This document shows, piece by piece, positions 1 to 9,082 of a DNA stretch of 64,000 bases. Origin of the DNA: a virus; IMG/VR virus record IMGVR_UViG_3300022187_000017, positions 41,778 to 105,777 of that record; one strand, given 5' to 3'. The translations under genes and the position numbers were made by a program. The notes below the pieces were generated by a model. The model was not told the origin of the DNA and did not search any database. It saw only the letters and a list, made by a program, of their open reading frames with translations. Position 1 is the first letter of the stretch. Every line of letters starts with the position of its first letter.

Positions 1-507
1 TGCCAATCCTACTGGAGGTGAATTAGACCACCTAACTAATCTCTTTTCAATAGTAGTTCCTTCACCCTTTCCCCAATCTACTACACCATTATCTGCTTCA
101 GCATTCTTTCTATGCTTCTTCTCCATTGAAGAAAATACTCCTCTGAGATCTCTTACCATGCAAATCATCTTAGGATCCTCTGAGTAACTTTTTACAAAGT
201 CATAATAATATCCCCAGCCTCTACATTTATCGACTACTCTAGGCTTATCTGTGAGAGCTCCATACCACCCTTGTAAACTTCCTTGGCAAAATCCCTTCCA
301 TGCCTTCTTCATTTCTTCAGCATCTTGTGCTCTGAATTCTTCTGCTGTGGAATATTGCTTCCTTGCTCCAAATAATAGCTCTGCTACTCCTGATGTTGGA
401 GATACATAAAACTCTGGGTTCTGTCCTATCACATTCTGCAATAAGGTGCTCCCACTTCTTGGTATTGATGACTGGTAGTAAATCTCTATTCTACTATTCT
501 TAGGCAT
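1..507 (-). CDS. Sulfotransferase-family protein (partial, runs off the window start; not in the ORF track)
   Basis: Manual translation from ATG at 507 gives MPKNSRIEIYYQSSIPRSGSTLLQNVIGQNP...VVDKCRGW...KMICMVRDLRGVFSSMEK. PRSGST and VRD...S are the PAPS-binding motifs of P-loop sulfotransferases. The frame is open to position 1. Confidence 0.8.
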   Translation of the reverse strand, partial: MPKNSRIEIYYQSSIPRSGSTLLQNVIGQNPEFYVSPTSGVAELLFGARKQYSTAEEFRAQDAEEMKKAWKGFCQGSLQGWYGALTDKPRVVDKCRGWGYYYDFVKSYSEDPKMICMVRDLRGVFSSMEKKHRKNAEADNGVVDWGKGEGTTIEKRLVRWSNSPPVGLA

Positions 508-514
508 ACTTTGA

Positions 515-1246
515 TTATGTTACAATTGTTAAAACTCCTGCATTACTCCATACAGCTCCTGATGGCAACCCTGCAGCCGAAGTAGGTATTGATGTAATTG
601 ATAAGTTGTTACAGAAAAAAGAATTAGTTCTATTAGTTGTAATGTAGGCTCCTGCAATAAAAGTAGTGGCATGGTTTACAATATTATATCTTCCACCCAT
701 GATCCCTGAATCGCTCATACTTGGATTTATGCTATTGCTATACCCACCACCAATAAATCCATATGCACCATTTATGGTATGGCTATATCCACCAGCTATG
801 ACAGATTTATTTCCAGCTGCATCGATAGTACTATTCTTCCCACCTCCTATGGTAGAGTTTAGTCCTGCAGCTGAATTATTATTTCCTAATGATACTGATT
901 CAATTCCTGTAGCATCATTATCTCCTCCTACTGCAAATGACCTAGCTCCAGTAGCTCCTGATGCTTCATCTGCAAAGGTTTGGGAAGTTAAATCTACTGC
1001 ATTAAGTCCTACAGGGCCAAAATTAGCTGCTGTTCTTCCTAGAATTACTAATCCCTCTCCATTGCCTTCATCAAGTAATTCTGTTCCACCACCACCTGAT
1101 ATTGATGTGTTTTCATCTGCTACTGCTCCTATTGAGCTTTCTAGTGCTGATGATATATCTTCTCTTATAACATCAGTCCCTTGGACATTTGATCCAATTT
1201 TCTCAATAACTCTTATTAGAAGTTCTGTGTTTGAATTTATAGCCAT
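515..1246 (-). CDS. Gly/Asn-rich fibre- or adhesin-like virion protein
   Basis: Has roughly 14-aa repeats (S.A.GG.N.A.G; S.IGGG.SN.I) typical of trimeric beta-roll heads, and a C-terminal IPTSAAGLPSGAVWSNAGVLTIV motif seen at the end of fibre-like proteins. Confidence 0.55.
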   Translation of the reverse strand: MAINSNTELLIRVIEKIGSNVQGTDVIREDISSALESSIGAVADENTSISGGGGTELLDEGNGEGLVILGRTAANFGPVGLNAVDLTSQTFADEASGATGARSFAVGGDNDATGIESVSLGNNNSAAGLNSTIGGGKNSTIDAAGNKSVIAGGYSHTINGAYGFIGGGYSNSINPSMSDSGIMGGRYNIVNHATTFIAGAYITTNRTNSFFCNNLSITSIPTSAAGLPSGAVWSNAGVLTIVT

Positions 1247-1294
1247 TATTTCTTGTATTAATTAATTATACTATCTAATATAATCAATTTTTAT

Positions 1295-2596
1295 TTATAT
1301 ATTCACATCCTCATGTCTTATCTTACCCCTGTGATCCTTGTACAAATGGCACATGCCAGCTGTAGATGAGAATCCCATACTTTCTGACCATAAGTTCCCT
1401 GTAAATAGTGGAGCAATTGTGATCTTCCTGTAGTCTAATGAGTCATGCTGCACCACTATGATATCTTCATAGACAGCAATCTTCTTCTTTAATGTTCTTT
1501 TAGTCTCTCTAGCATGATTGTGGCCTTGCATTACTATATGATACTCTGCCTCACTGAACCCATAATCCTGTACAATCTTCCCTGTATCCTTCTTAGATAG
1601 ACCTAAATGGCCATGCATCCCTAGGTACCCTATACCATCTAGCATCCTTTTAGATACTGATTGGAATACTTCAGACTCTATGCTCTTGTAATCCTTCTGG
1701 AATAAGTACTGGAGAGCATAGGCTACCTCTCCACTCATATCTTCTTTATTACTACTAGTTACTCTGTCATGATTACCCGGAACGAAATCCACCAGCTCCA
1801 GATTGTTGATCTTAGAATATAGGTGTTTACATAGCAGCTCATGTGTCATGATCAATCCATTGATGCCATAAGCATTCTTATCTAATCCCTTCCAGCTATT
1901 GATATGATTCAGGCCTGTAAATGACTCTATAAAGTCTCCTAAGAGGCATAAATACACCTTCTTATATTGCTTATCATTCACTTCATTAGCAATCTCCTCT
2001 AAATATCCTGCTAGGATCCCCAGATTGAAGTCCTGTGATTTTTGTAGATCTGCTGTGAATGCTCCTGCATGGAAGTCCCCTAATGGAATCACTCCCCAGC
2101 CTAACTTTGCATTACCCTTTTTACGTACAGATCTCTTCTTATATTTTATATTCTTCCACAATAGCTCTGGGCATGCCCTAAGCAGCTTGAGAGTGATACC
2201 ATAATTCTGGACAGTCACCACATCAAATCCCATGGCCTTACCCTCTCTCTTTACTTTCATGGAAGTTGACCATGACTTACACTCAAACTTATCTACAGTA
2301 TACTTATCTGTATCTATTTCAAAGTGTTTTATAGCATCCTCCTTACTCTTTAAAGGCTTACCTCCCAAGTAGGTTAATATAACTCCATTACTGGATTCTG
2401 TTATACTCTCCTTCTCTTCTGGCTCTGGTATTTTTGATGATATATTCTCCTTTACTACTACACCTAGTAATTCAGCCTCTTGTTCTGTTAATGCATACCT
2501 AGGTATTCTATTCTCTTCAAATGCATCTCCTCTCATTTCTGCAAGTGCAGATACTTGTTCAGCATCTAAGTGAACCCTTATTGTTTTACTATTCAT
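1295..2596 (-). CDS. Calcineurin-like metallophosphoesterase
   Basis: Motifs GDFHAG, LGDFIES, PGNHDR, MHGH and QGHNH occur in the canonical order. Confidence 0.8.
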   Translation of the reverse strand: MNSKTIRVHLDAEQVSALAEMRGDAFEENRIPRYALTEQEAELLGVVVKENISSKIPEPEEKESITESSNGVILTYLGGKPLKSKEDAIKHFEIDTDKYTVDKFECKSWSTSMKVKREGKAMGFDVVTVQNYGITLKLLRACPELLWKNIKYKKRSVRKKGNAKLGWGVIPLGDFHAGAFTADLQKSQDFNLGILAGYLEEIANEVNDKQYKKVYLCLLGDFIESFTGLNHINSWKGLDKNAYGINGLIMTHELLCKHLYSKINNLELVDFVPGNHDRVTSSNKEDMSGEVAYALQYLFQKDYKSIESEVFQSVSKRMLDGIGYLGMHGHLGLSKKDTGKIVQDYGFSEAEYHIVMQGHNHARETKRTLKKKIAVYEDIIVVQHDSLDYRKITIAPLFTGNLWSESMGFSSTAGMCHLYKDHRGKIRHEDVNI

Positions 2597-2657
2597 AAGT
2601 AAGTATTAAGTTATCAATTGTTACTTCAGTTCCTACCTAAAATAGGAAAATTCCCTA

Positions 2658-2894
2658 TCACAGGAATATGTAAACAAATGTAGCAATGAGGTATGTGTGA
2701 AAAGATACATTCCCTACTATGTAGATCCATTTCTCTAAAATTGGAATCTTTGCGAATATTTGCCTTTCATTGTGGTACTTATAGATCAGATTATCTAGCA
2801 CTCCCAATAGGAGTATTGCTAATGACAATATACCTGCCACCTGAGCTATAAGTTGTACAACTACAGCAAATGTAATTGATAATATTAAATCCAT
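2658..2894 (-). CDS. Small membrane protein
   Basis: Two hydrophobic segments; lies in the minus-strand gene run. Confidence 0.55.
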   Translation of the reverse strand: MDLILSITFAVVVQLIAQVAGILSLAILLLGVLDNLIYKYHNERQIFAKIPILEKWIYIVGNVSFHTYLIATFVYIFL

Positions 2895-2912
2895 TCTTTC
2901 TCTCTTTACTGA

Positions 2913-3041
2913 CTACTTGTTATATGTATTCTCAACTAGGAAATCTGACTTTTCAATACTTCCAGTAGAATATGCTAATGCAGTCATTGTTACTATAAGG
3001 AAGAGAGCTATTGCAACTCCCCACTGTCCACGCTTTTTCAT
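2913..3041 (-). CDS. Small membrane or secreted peptide (42 aa, below the track cutoff)
   Basis: MKKRGQWGVAIALFLIVTMTALAYSTGSIEKSDFLVENTYNK*; lies directly downstream of a promoter-like site at about 3100. Confidence 0.5.
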   Translation of the reverse strand: MKKRGQWGVAIALFLIVTMTALAYSTGSIEKSDFLVENTYNK

Positions 3042-3097
3042 ATAATGTCCAATTAGTTATGCTTCATTTTTACTGGGTTTAGCTTACCCGACATCAG

Positions 3098-3142
3098 CCA
3101 ATATACAAAATTATTGTCACTTTATTGACATTGTGACAATAA
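3098..3142 (-). promoter_or_regulatory. Promoter-like -7 element overlapped upstream by a 10-bp inverted repeat (putative operator)
   Basis: Minus-strand TATATTGG at about 3098-3105. TTATTGTCAC (3111-3120) and GTGACAATAA (3133-3142) form a perfect inverted repeat. Confidence 0.45.
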
Positions 3143-3143
3143 A

Positions 3144-3491
3144 TTATCCTTTCTGCCATTTAGGAGGAAGAGCCTGCTTCTCTGGTTTGACTATATAAAC
3201 CTCAACATCAGCTGGAAGATCTTCTGCTACTCCAAATATTGATGTTGGGTATAGGTAGATCTTACCCGGGCCGACTATTCTCTCAAATCTAACTACAGCT
3301 CCAGCCTGAAGGATCACCCTGAATCCATTCAAGTAAAGAGTATCCCCTATGAACACTCCTCCATCATCAGCTACAAATGTAGTTGGAGTCTCCAATATTA
3401 ATGACTCTAGTTTAAAATTCTCCTGTGCTTGGACACTTGGACATAAAAACTGTCCAACTATGATCAATAGTACTACTAATAATTTCTTCAT
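3144..3491 (-). CDS. Secreted hypothetical protein
   Basis: Signal-peptide-like N-terminus MKKLLVVLLIIVGQFLCPSVQA-Q. Confidence 0.55.
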   Translation of the reverse strand: MKKLLVVLLIIVGQFLCPSVQAQENFKLESLILETPTTFVADDGGVFIGDTLYLNGFRVILQAGAVVRFERIVGPGKIYLYPTSIFGVAEDLPADVEVYIVKPEKQALPPKWQKG

Positions 3492-3697
3492 AACTTGATT
3501 TTAAATTTATCTTCAATTTCCTTCTTAGTCCCAAATTCCACCTTATGCGTATCTATCTGGTATGCATTATCAGATACAACCATATATTTATCTTTAAATC
3601 CTGTCTTAATAACATGCATCACTTCTGGCTCATCTTCTAGCTTGAATGACTTAACTAATGTTATAGCATTGAACTTTACCCACTTATTCCAAGCCAT
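3488..3697 (-). CDS. Hypothetical protein
   Basis: Tightly packed ORF with an ATGA overlap onto the next gene. Confidence 0.55.
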   Translation of the reverse strand: MAWNKWVKFNAITLVKSFKLEDEPEVMHVIKTGFKDKYMVVSDNAYQIDTHKVEFGTKKEIEDKFKIKL

Positions 3698-3701
3698 ATC
3701 T

Positions 3702-4085
3702 TTATCTTTGGCCTATGTCTCTTAGATACTCTCTGGTGTCATCTCTACCCATCATTCTAGCATAAGTCCCAGAAGGGAGCTCTATGATGATCTTACCTGC
3801 AGCTGTAGCATACTTTAGTTCCATAGCTATTCCACCCGGGATTCTTCCATCTGGGAGAGCCTTGAATGCGAATACCTCACACTCTCTCACCTTAGTACCA
3901 AACACCTTATCAAACTTAGCCTCATAGGATCCTGTTTTCTCTGCAGCAAACTCTGCTGATACCTCTGGTGTATTTGGATTCAATACCTCCAGACCTAATG
4001 CCTCCAAAGTTTTGACATCCCTCTCCTCTTGAGGAGTATTGTAAATTCCCATAAAATGGGCATAATAAACCTTTAATTTCTTCAT
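3702..4085 (-). CDS. Nucleoside 2-deoxyribosyltransferase-like protein
   Basis: Pattern KVYYAH, EVLNP, ECEVFAF, GGIAMELKYA...GKII matches the NDT flavodoxin-like fold, including the catalytic Glu position. Confidence 0.55.
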   Translation of the reverse strand: MKKLKVYYAHFMGIYNTPQEERDVKTLEALGLEVLNPNTPEVSAEFAAEKTGSYEAKFDKVFGTKVRECEVFAFKALPDGRIPGGIAMELKYATAAGKIIIELPSGTYARMMGRDDTREYLRDIGQR

Positions 4086-4453
4086 AGTTTTTTTATTAAA
4101 TCGTATTTCTCAAACATTTCAAATTCTAACTCATCACTCCAGATATGGATCTCATGATCTGGTAGGCTTACTATTCCTTTAATGGATCCTGTATCTAGCT
4201 CAACTAAGGAACAGTTGTATACATTACTTTTACCATTCTTATATGTACCCTTCTCCCATCCATTACCTGAATCCCAGATGATCTTAGCTCCTATCTGAGG
4301 AACACTGGCTGCAACCTTCATAGCTGCCATGATCACATTGAAGAGACTTGGATATGTTTTCTTGAACTTATCAACATCCCAGTCCTTCATCAACTTTCTA
4401 GCCTCTCTATTGAGTATCTCTTCCATTAGGTATTGAAGTTTAGATTCTTCCAC
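4082..4453 (-). CDS. Hypothetical protein
   Basis: In the operon-like run. The true start may be the ATG at 4426. Confidence 0.55.
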   Translation of the reverse strand: MEESKLQYLMEEILNREARKLMKDWDVDKFKKTYPSLFNVIMAAMKVAASVPQIGAKIIWDSGNGWEKGTYKNGKSNVYNCSLVELDTGSIKGIVSLPDHEIHIWSDELEFEMFEKYDLIKKL

Positions 4454-4896
4454 TTGATCATGTCTAGATGATCCTTAGATCTTCCATAGCTGGCCTTAGC
4501 ATCGATAACTCCCTGCACTGACTGAACCTTACCTTTTACTCTGCCATCCTCACTCACATACTCTAATAATCCCTTTGGCAAACTAGCATGATCCTCCAGC
4601 AATATGTCCAGACAATACCCATTCTTCTTTAACTTCAGGGATCTCTTCCCTGCAGATCCAAGACAGTCTCCTTCTGATACTGATCTAAGGAGAGATAAGA
4701 TATGTCTCTGCTCTTTAGTTGGCTTATAGATGATAATATCTAGATCATCTGGAGTTTTGTCCAGATTGAGTCCATGAAGGTGTAGTGCATGTGTCCCTCC
4801 TATTACTAAATTACTAAATCTATTCAGCTGTGATAAAATTGTGTAGAATTGAATGATTGTCTCATTCATCTTCTCTGTTACGCTTAATTTTTTCAT
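4426..4896 (-). CDS. Nucleotidyltransferase (Pol-beta superfamily)-like protein
   Basis: VIGGTHAL...PDDLDIII...LDIL...K..YGRSKDHLD matches the GG/DxD signature of minimal NTases. Confidence 0.65.
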   Translation of the reverse strand: MKKLSVTEKMNETIIQFYTILSQLNRFSNLVIGGTHALHLHGLNLDKTPDDLDIIIYKPTKEQRHILSLLRSVSEGDCLGSAGKRSLKLKKNGYCLDILLEDHASLPKGLLEYVSEDGRVKGKVQSVQGVIDAKASYGRSKDHLDMIKWKNLNFNT

Positions 4897-5020
4897 CTCT
4901 TTCTCTTTTTACGTTTTCTCCTGTTCTTTGCTCTGGTGATCATACCCTTCTTTTTAGACTTCAGAGTTTTTCTATCCTCTGGAGTCATATAGACATAATC
5001 ACTTACTCCTGAATACCACA

Positions 5021-5404
5021 TTAGAAATGTTTCTCTTTTTTTAACCAATCTTGCGGTGTTATGTAGCCTTCTCTTTGGCAATGTTCCATATAGTACTGCA
5101 TATTTTGAAACATATCTAACTTACCCTTCGGCTTCGCAACATCGTGTATAGCTAAATTTTTAACTTGGTCTAAGTAAAAATCAACCATCATATATTTTAA
5201 TCCATGTAGTGTAATATTTATTCCTCTGCCATATTCTGAGTTAGAGATGTAATCATTTGCTTTTTTGTTTAATTCACTTCTATTCATTTTTTTTACTTGC
5301 TTCTGTTCACATTCATTCCAAACTTGTTTTAATGCTAACATTACACTTACGCTATCAGGGTAAGCTGTTTCCGCTTGTATTTCTTTAATTCTATCACTTG
5401 TCAT
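5021..5404 (-). CDS. Hypothetical protein with atypical composition
   Basis: ORF track; locally CpG-richer than its flanks. Confidence 0.55.
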   Translation of the reverse strand: MTSDRIKEIQAETAYPDSVSVMLALKQVWNECEQKQVKKMNRSELNKKANDYISNSEYGRGINITLHGLKYMMVDFYLDQVKNLAIHDVAKPKGKLDMFQNMQYYMEHCQREGYITPQDWLKKEKHF

Positions 5405-5464
5405 ATAATTAATTTTAGTGTTTCAAATTTTGCTAGGTCTATGCCCATTATTACTTCACTCATC

Positions 5465-6061
5465 TTAAAACCTCTTCCAGTTAGCTGGATCTGTATCCAG
5501 TATGTTGATCTCAAATCCTACCTGTACTGAGTGCTTAAATGAAGATTTAATGTTATATAGGATCTCAAAATCCTGCCTGTCTACAAATTGTAGTGTAGCT
5601 ATCCCCTTGAACCCATTAAAGAATTCATATCCTAATACAGCTCCAGCTCCAAATCCTCTCTTTGCTAGACCTCTATCAAGTATTCCATAGTCTATGTATA
5701 ATCCAGCCTCTAAGTGCTCTAAGAATAGCTGATTGAATGTGTAGCCTACCTCAACTGCATATCTCTTGTATGCTGGTAGTTCTGGATTAAGTGTAGCATA
5801 TTCAAATGAAGGTGCTACATGCATGTATCCCCACTCCTGTTGATTACCTTGCCATCTTGATTTAACTAGAATATTGGTTAACCCTGAAGGGATCCCATGT
5901 GCATCATCTCCTATTACAGTAATCTTTGGATCTACCTGTACTGATAATGATACTGCTGTCTGTGCTGATCCTACCTGATATATACCCACTAGGAGTACAG
6001 CATACAGTAAGATCTGTAATAATGTTCTGGTAATACTAATTTGTTTTTTCATGATTTTCAA
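5465..6061 (-). CDS. Outer-membrane beta-barrel-like protein
   Basis: Signal peptide ending GSA-Q, followed by alternating amphipathic strands (YAVEVGYTF, LEAGLYIDYG, FGAGAVLGYEF, SVQVGFEINI). Confidence 0.55.
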   Translation of the reverse strand: MKIMKKQISITRTLLQILLYAVLLVGIYQVGSAQTAVSLSVQVDPKITVIGDDAHGIPSGLTNILVKSRWQGNQQEWGYMHVAPSFEYATLNPELPAYKRYAVEVGYTFNQLFLEHLEAGLYIDYGILDRGLAKRGFGAGAVLGYEFFNGFKGIATLQFVDRQDFEILYNIKSSFKHSVQVGFEINILDTDPANWKRF

Positions 6062-6114
6062 TTTATGTTTATTGTTGTTTAAGTTGCGAATATATAACTA
6101 ATATATTTAATATC

Positions 6115-6705
6115 CTAATAAAATTTTATATTGTGCCTTACACTGAAGGCTGTTGGATCATTAGTGATCTGAGGAGTCTCCAGCTCCTGTACAAAGGTTA
6201 TTATCCTCAATCCATCCTCACTACCATCATCATAATAGTAAGTCTCACTGTGGCCTCCTATGATCTCTCTACGTATCTTTGGGAACCTCTTCTGGATCTC
6301 TTTACTTAGATCCATATTGATTCCTTTGGCATGTAAGGCTTTCACTAGATGATATTCCTTCTGCTCAGTTATATCCTTTGACATCTTATCAATGGCTGCC
6401 TGCATATGGATCTGGCCTTCATCAAAGTCTATTGAGAACTTATTTGCTGTTGCTATCCTTCTTGGCTCAAAATAAACCTCTTCCACTCTATACCCTTCAC
6501 ATAAACCCCAGATCATCTTGGTGTCCCTGCATTGAATATATCCTACAGCATGATCAAATAATGCACCACCATACATTGCCTGTATTGGTTTTATACTTGG
6601 CTTTTCTATACATAACCCAACTCTACCATTGGCTCCTTCTGCTCCTGCTCCTCCATTTAATACTTTATAGAGGTACCCTACTTCTAATTGTTTTGTCTCT
6701 CCCAT
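6115..6705 (-). CDS. Hypothetical protein
   Basis: ORF track; minus-strand run. Confidence 0.55.
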   Translation of the reverse strand: MGETKQLEVGYLYKVLNGGAGAEGANGRVGLCIEKPSIKPIQAMYGGALFDHAVGYIQCRDTKMIWGLCEGYRVEEVYFEPRRIATANKFSIDFDEGQIHMQAAIDKMSKDITEQKEYHLVKALHAKGINMDLSKEIQKRFPKIRREIIGGHSETYYYDDGSEDGLRIITFVQELETPQITNDPTAFSVRHNIKFY

Positions 6706-6920
6706 AACTTGCTATTCTTCCCATCTGCTGGGAATAGATTAAAATTCTGTTTTACTGTTCTAAATTCTAGATCTGCTGCTACATGATCCATTGCTGGAAT
6801 GAACTTCTGTGGTATTTTTATATTCTTCTCCCAGAGCCTTCTAAACTCATCCTTATCAATAGATAGCATTGGAGGTACTGTCCCTATTACTATCACCTTA
6901 CCTGTTGATCCTGTACTCAT
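6684..6920 (-). CDS. Hypothetical protein (starts MSTGST)
   Basis: ORF track. Confidence 0.5.
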   Translation of the reverse strand: MSTGSTGKVIVIGTVPPMLSIDKDEFRRLWEKNIKIPQKFIPAMDHVAADLEFRTVKQNFNLFPADGKNSKLWERQNN

Positions 6921-7110
6921 ACTATAACTTGTTATTTTACCAACTACTACCCTTATAATTAGGTCTTTTTCTTGGCCTCATTCCTAATACTGATGGATGA
7001 ACTAACTCAGGATCTCCATTCTCATGTATGATCCATATTAGATCAAACCCTATCCAGTTTATCCTAACCTTCTCTCCAGTAGCTATAATTGTTGATCCTG
7101 TACTCATACT
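6903..7110. repeat. 21-bp direct repeat covering two consecutive gene starts
   Basis: tgttgatcctgtactcatact at 6903-6923 and 7090-7110. Confidence 0.85.
6937..7107 (-). CDS. Hypothetical 56-aa protein (starts MSTGST; below the track cutoff)
   Basis: MSTGSTIIATGEKVRINWIGFDLIWIIHENGDPELVHPSVLGMRPRKRPNYKGSSW*; ATGA overlap with the upstream gene. Confidence 0.55.
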   Translation of the reverse strand: MSTGSTIIATGEKVRINWIGFDLIWIIHENGDPELVHPSVLGMRPRKRPNYKGSSW

Positions 7111-7472
7111 GCTGTCTTGTTTAAGTCAATATATCTTGGCTTATCTGAGATCTTATTGAAGGAAAGACCTTCCTCATACATATCCTCTTGGAAGTATACC
7201 AGTCCAGACTCTACATTCACCTTGATCAATGGAAAGAATCCACCTATTGCAGATGTCTTAGTCTCATATCTGAATAACTTCTCATTAGGCCTCATCTTGA
7301 AGTCTGCATATTGACCTACCTCAAACTCATCCAATGGATATAGGTAGAAGTCTTGACTCACATCTTTAAGTCCAAATGCTCCTACAGACTGTAGGCCATG
7401 GCTCTGTTGGCTCTCCCAGATCTTACACCCCTTGAATGTCTCTAGATCTGTAATTGTTAATCGATTATTCAT
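7104..7472 (-). CDS. Hypothetical early protein
   Basis: First gene after the promoter at about 7500. Confidence 0.6.
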   Translation of the reverse strand: MNNRLTITDLETFKGCKIWESQQSHGLQSVGAFGLKDVSQDFYLYPLDEFEVGQYADFKMRPNEKLFRYETKTSAIGGFFPLIKVNVESGLVYFQEDMYEEGLSFNKISDKPRYIDLNKTAV

Positions 7473-7499
7473 GATGAAATGATTTATTGTTATTAGACT

Positions 7500-7532
7500 G
7501 CTAATATAATCATTATATTTTTAATACGCAAA
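7500..7532 (-). promoter_or_regulatory. Bacteroidota-type early promoter
   Basis: Minus strand TTTGCGTATTAAAAATATAATGATTATATTAGC (-33 TTTG, -7 TATATTAG). Confidence 0.6.
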
Positions 7533-7542
7533 TTTATCTTTA

Positions 7543-8331
7543 TTACATCACCCAATCCTCTACTATATCTGGCTCTACTCCTGCCTCCAGAGCTTCCTGT
7601 ACTGACTTGATAGATTCTCCATTCTTGAATGTATGGCCTATCTGCTCCTCTACAGCTACATACTCAGCTAATAACTCTGGGTTCTCTTTACCTGCTATTA
7701 GGAGTGCATTGAATGGACTGAAGATACAGAAACAACATGACAGCCTTGGCATCCCCAGATCATATGCTTTATGATACTCCAGATTGTTACCCTTGATCAC
7801 ATCCCAGACCTTCTTAGAGCTCCAGTCATGTACAGGTAGATAATCTATCACTGTCCTCTTCTTAGTGGTTAACTGCTTATTTAATGACTCCACCTTTCTC
7901 TTAGATCTGGCTGGAGACTCCTCTGCTCTGAATCCAAATACATACAGGATCTTACAAACTCCCATCTCTTTAGTTAGCTTAGTTACTACTCTAGCACCCG
8001 GGCCACGCTTGAAATCACTGGTACACCATCTCTGTTGGCTACTTGGCCACTTACCTCTCCTCACTGCATACTCCAGAAGATCCTCCTCATAGCCATCCTT
8101 ATCTCTTCTCTTGCTGTAATAGGTCTTTAGTCCCCAGTGATCAGATTGTCTCTTAACTAGCTCCTTTGTGCCTTTCCACTCAACCTTACCTAGATCCTGA
8201 TGTGACACTACTAACTGATCCAGAGGATAGCACTGTTCCAATGCCATCTGAACCATTTGCCAGACAGACACTAGAGAGTCCTTCCCTCCAGATGAATTGA
8301 TGATCACTAGATCATAGTCAGCTAAGATCAT
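7543..8331 (-). CDS. PAPS reductase/DndC-like PP-loop protein
   Basis: NSSGGKDS PP-loop, RWCTSDFK, GFRAEESPARSK, YDLGMPRLSCCFC (Fe-S cysteine pattern). Confidence 0.85.
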   Translation of the reverse strand: MILADYDLVIINSSGGKDSLVSVWQMVQMALEQCYPLDQLVVSHQDLGKVEWKGTKELVKRQSDHWGLKTYYSKRRDKDGYEEDLLEYAVRRGKWPSSQQRWCTSDFKRGPGARVVTKLTKEMGVCKILYVFGFRAEESPARSKRKVESLNKQLTTKKRTVIDYLPVHDWSSKKVWDVIKGNNLEYHKAYDLGMPRLSCCFCIFSPFNALLIAGKENPELLAEYVAVEEQIGHTFKNGESIKSVQEALEAGVEPDIVEDWVM

Positions 8332-8687
8332 AAGTAGACCATTTTAAGGATCTCCTCTTCCCACTCCTTGTAAGAAGGATCTAACTCAAACTTAAAAGTC
8401 TGAGGATTGTACTGTGAAGGATGAATAGCTGAATAATTCACCTCTCTCTTCACCTGATCAGAGGCTTTAAGATAATCAAGTATCTGCTCAATTCCCATCA
8501 TAAACAAAGATGCAGAGAAATACTTATCTACTGTCTCCATTTTAGATGTGTTCTTCTCCCCATTAAAGTAAGTCACTCTAATGATAGGCTTACCAGTATC
8601 AAGACACTTAAATGTGTCAACTGGGAAATCTAGACCTAGACTCTCTAGGCTCTTCTTAATTTCACTAATTGCTTTTTGTGATGTCAT
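8328..8687 (-). CDS. Hypothetical early protein
   Basis: The track ORF starts at 8780, but the in-frame ATG at 8687 (MTSQKA) lies just downstream of the promoter at 8710-8742. Confidence 0.55.
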   Translation of the reverse strand: MTSQKAISEIKKSLESLGLDFPVDTFKCLDTGKPIIRVTYFNGEKNTSKMETVDKYFSASLFMMGIEQILDYLKASDQVKREVNYSAIHPSQYNPQTFKFELDPSYKEWEEEILKMVYL

Positions 8688-8709
8688 AATTGTTGTTTTT
8701 AATTCTGGT

Positions 8710-8742
8710 GTAAATATAGTTACTATATATTTACTGTGCAAA
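8710..8742 (-). promoter_or_regulatory. Bacteroidota-type early promoter
   Basis: Minus strand TTTGCACAGTAAATATATAGTAACTATATTTAC; 30 bp are identical to 36703-36732. Confidence 0.7.
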
Positions 8743-8802
8743 TTTATTTTTAGTGAAATGCCAAAATACCTTGTTAGCACCTATAAACACTAAGAAACTT
8801 TT

Positions 8803-9078
8803 TTAATATTTTATTTTTACATGAATCTCATCAAATAGCATTATGCTTAATGTATCACCATCTGATGTTGACATATTATTGATGTTAATAGCATCTATCA
8901 TAGTCTGGCTGTAGCTGCAGTCTTTCATCTCTTCTCTGGCATTCTCTATCATCCATTCATACCACAGCTTGTGAATAGCATTATAATTTCTACCCCTTGG
9001 AGATAACTTCTTTCTAGGTATTGGAGTTAACTTCCTTCCTGATTTACTTCTGGGATCATCTGCTAACATTATCATCAT
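8803..9078 (-). CDS. Hypothetical protein
   Basis: ORF track. Confidence 0.5.
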   Translation of the reverse strand: MMIMLADDPRSKSGRKLTPIPRKKLSPRGRNYNAIHKLWYEWMIENAREEMKDCSYSQTMIDAININNMSTSDGDTLSIMLFDEIHVKIKY

Positions 9079-9082
9079 ATCT

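Noticed and set aside
4893-5081. 62-aa ORF as annotated in the track
   Set aside because: Its first 20 codons overlap the upstream gene. If real, it probably starts at ATG 5021 (MWYSG) as a short basic peptide, so support is weak.
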